From the NCBI RefSeq assembly GCF_902713615.1, contig NW_024055820.1, positions 1,045,220-1,109,219 of the forward strand: a DNA stretch of 64,000 nucleotides, in the 5' to 3' direction. Origin of the DNA: Scyliorhinus canicula (taxonomy: Eukaryota). Of the stretch, positions 62,420 to 64,000 are shown one piece after another (the first letter of the stretch is position 1; each line of letters begins with the position of its first letter). Both the position numbers and the translations under genes were made by a program. The notes beneath the pieces are model-generated. The model did no database searches. It had not been told where the DNA came from and worked only from the letters and a program-made list of their open reading frames with translations.

Positions 62420-62890
62420 GTTCTCACCATTGTCCCCGCTCGCGGCGGCTCTCACTCAGCCTCTGGGAGCCGCACTCACTCTCACTGCGGCTGCGCTCAG
62501 CCCCGAGGAGCACCGCGCATGCTCCGCACAGAAAGACAGCTTCCGGGGGCGGGGCATACTGGCGCCTGCGCGTTCTGGCTCCTGTGATGGAGAGAGGGCG
62601 TATTCCTCCTCGCCCTGCATTCTGGGTAGCCTTCGCCGCCATTATTCAGTTACGTTCCTCAGGGTGATAAATTGGTTCCGGCACTTTTGATACAGTTCGG
62701 TGTTTGTACCGAATGGGGGGGGGGGGGGGCGCATCGGTAATTTTCTCTCTGATCGGCCCCTGTTAACGGCTGTCATCTGTTTAGGGAGCGATATGCCGCA
62801 GGGCGCCTGCGCGTCTGCCATCTTTCTCAGCGGAAATGTGCAGCAGGGCGCATGCGCGGCCATCCAGGAACCGGAAGCCAGAAAAGAGAA
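62420..62890. promoter_or_regulatory. CpG promoter, inverted paralog of 4600-4970
   Basis: gcgcatgcgc near 62848, ccggaagc, gccatcttt. Confidence 0.65.
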
Positions 62891-64000
62891 TCTTGTACGT
62901 TTCTCTCCTGGACTGAGAATTAAATTCCTTTGGAAATTCCTTTAGAAAGAGGAGGATTTGCCAACGGGAACTTCAAATCAAACATCACATCATCCTCTGA
63001 TTGAGTTACTCAATTCATCAGGACCTGAATATCATTGTGAGGTAAAATGTCTGTTCTGTCTGAGGACAAAGATTTCAGATATCAGAGTGACTGGGAAACT
63101 TTTAATGACCATTCCGGGTTAAATTTGAGACTAATTACACCGATCACATTGGGGAAGTTAAATAATTTGCTGTTGTACTCTTATGTATGCAGGTAAATTT
63201 GAAAATTACCGTATTAGCATAGTTGGCAGCTAAACTGGGCAAACGCTGACCTTGTTAGTAATGAGAGTTACTATCCGGGATTTTATCAAAGTTTGTTGTT
63301 CATGTTGCATTTCATTCAGTTCATTGTGGCTGCAAAGTAGATATTCAGCCCCATCTCAATTTCCAGATTGTGAGGGCAGCACGGTGGTGCAGTGGGTTAG
63401 CCCTGCTGCCTCACGGGACCGAGGTTCGATCCCAGCTCTGGGTCACTGTCCGTGTGGAGTTTGCACATTCTCCCTGTGTTTGTGTGGGTTTTGCCTCCAC
63501 CACCCAAAGATAGGTGGATTGGCCATGCTAAATTGCCCCTTAATTGGAAAAAATTAACTGGGTACTCTAAATTGATATTTTAAAATATTCCAGATTGTGC
63601 TCTGTAGTCTTTTAAGTTACATCAATTCAGATGGCTATCTAAATACTTTTTAAATGTTATGAGGGTTTGTGCCATCATTTCAGGCAGCATGTCACAGATC
63701 CTCACCACCCTCTAAACCTCCTGGTCCTTCCCTAAATATCTGCCCCCTTTTATATGTATCCCTCAACCAAAGGGAATAGGACCTTCCTATCCAATCTATT
63801 TAGATCCCTCAGAATTAAAAAAAATAAAAATTTATATTTTTATCCAATCAAGGGGCAATTTAATTTGGCCAAGCCTGCACATATTTGGGTTGTGGGGGTG
63901 AAACCCACACAGACAATGGGAGAATGTGCAAATTCCTTACAGACTGTGACCCGGGGCTAGGATCGAACCCGGGTCCCCAGCACGTAGGCACACAACCACT

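Larger units (their letters stand above)
57502..64000 (-). repeat. Right arm of inverted segmental duplication (runs off the window end)
   Basis: Reverse complement of 3382-11185 with arm-specific insertions and deletions. Confidence 0.9.

Overview
Eukaryotic, repeat-rich DNA. The SINE/LINE repertoire (HE1/V-SINE-like, Deu-SINE, CR1, Rex1/Babar, RTE, Penelope-like) points to a cartilaginous fish, probably a catshark; this is inference. The window is part of a cluster of tandem C2H2 zinc-finger (ZNF) genes with no KRAB or other effector domain that I can recognise. There are five open ZNF ORFs (12322-13272+, 30215-30976-, 37863-38912+, 42790-43407-, 53915-55120-) and three pseudogenes (~5.6 kb+, ~51.1 kb+, ~62 kb-), in mostly alternating orientation. 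Each gene is built from the same parts: a CpG-rich promoter (CCAAT/GC-box/NRF1/YY1-like motifs), a short first exon and intron, a conserved acceptor plus leader, a finger array and a conserved 3' UTR. Main structural signals: (i) a diverged inverted duplication (3382-11185 vs 57502-64000) brackets the cluster and puts the same promoter in front of two different ZNF subfamilies; (ii) the leader contains three fossil fingers with shared TGA codons, one at a Zn-binding Cys position; (iii) a ~125-bp-period YY1 motif array lies in a bidirectional promoter; (iv) a 1.7-kb FLYWCH+MULE transposon with a perfect 9-bp TSD sits in a ZNF 3' UTR. Also present: two tRNA pseudogenes (Lys-CTT, Pro), solo LTRs, an ORF1-only L1-like element, Penelope-like fragments with decayed hammerhead motifs, and several minisatellites. 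All alignments were done by eye, so repeat boundaries are approximate.
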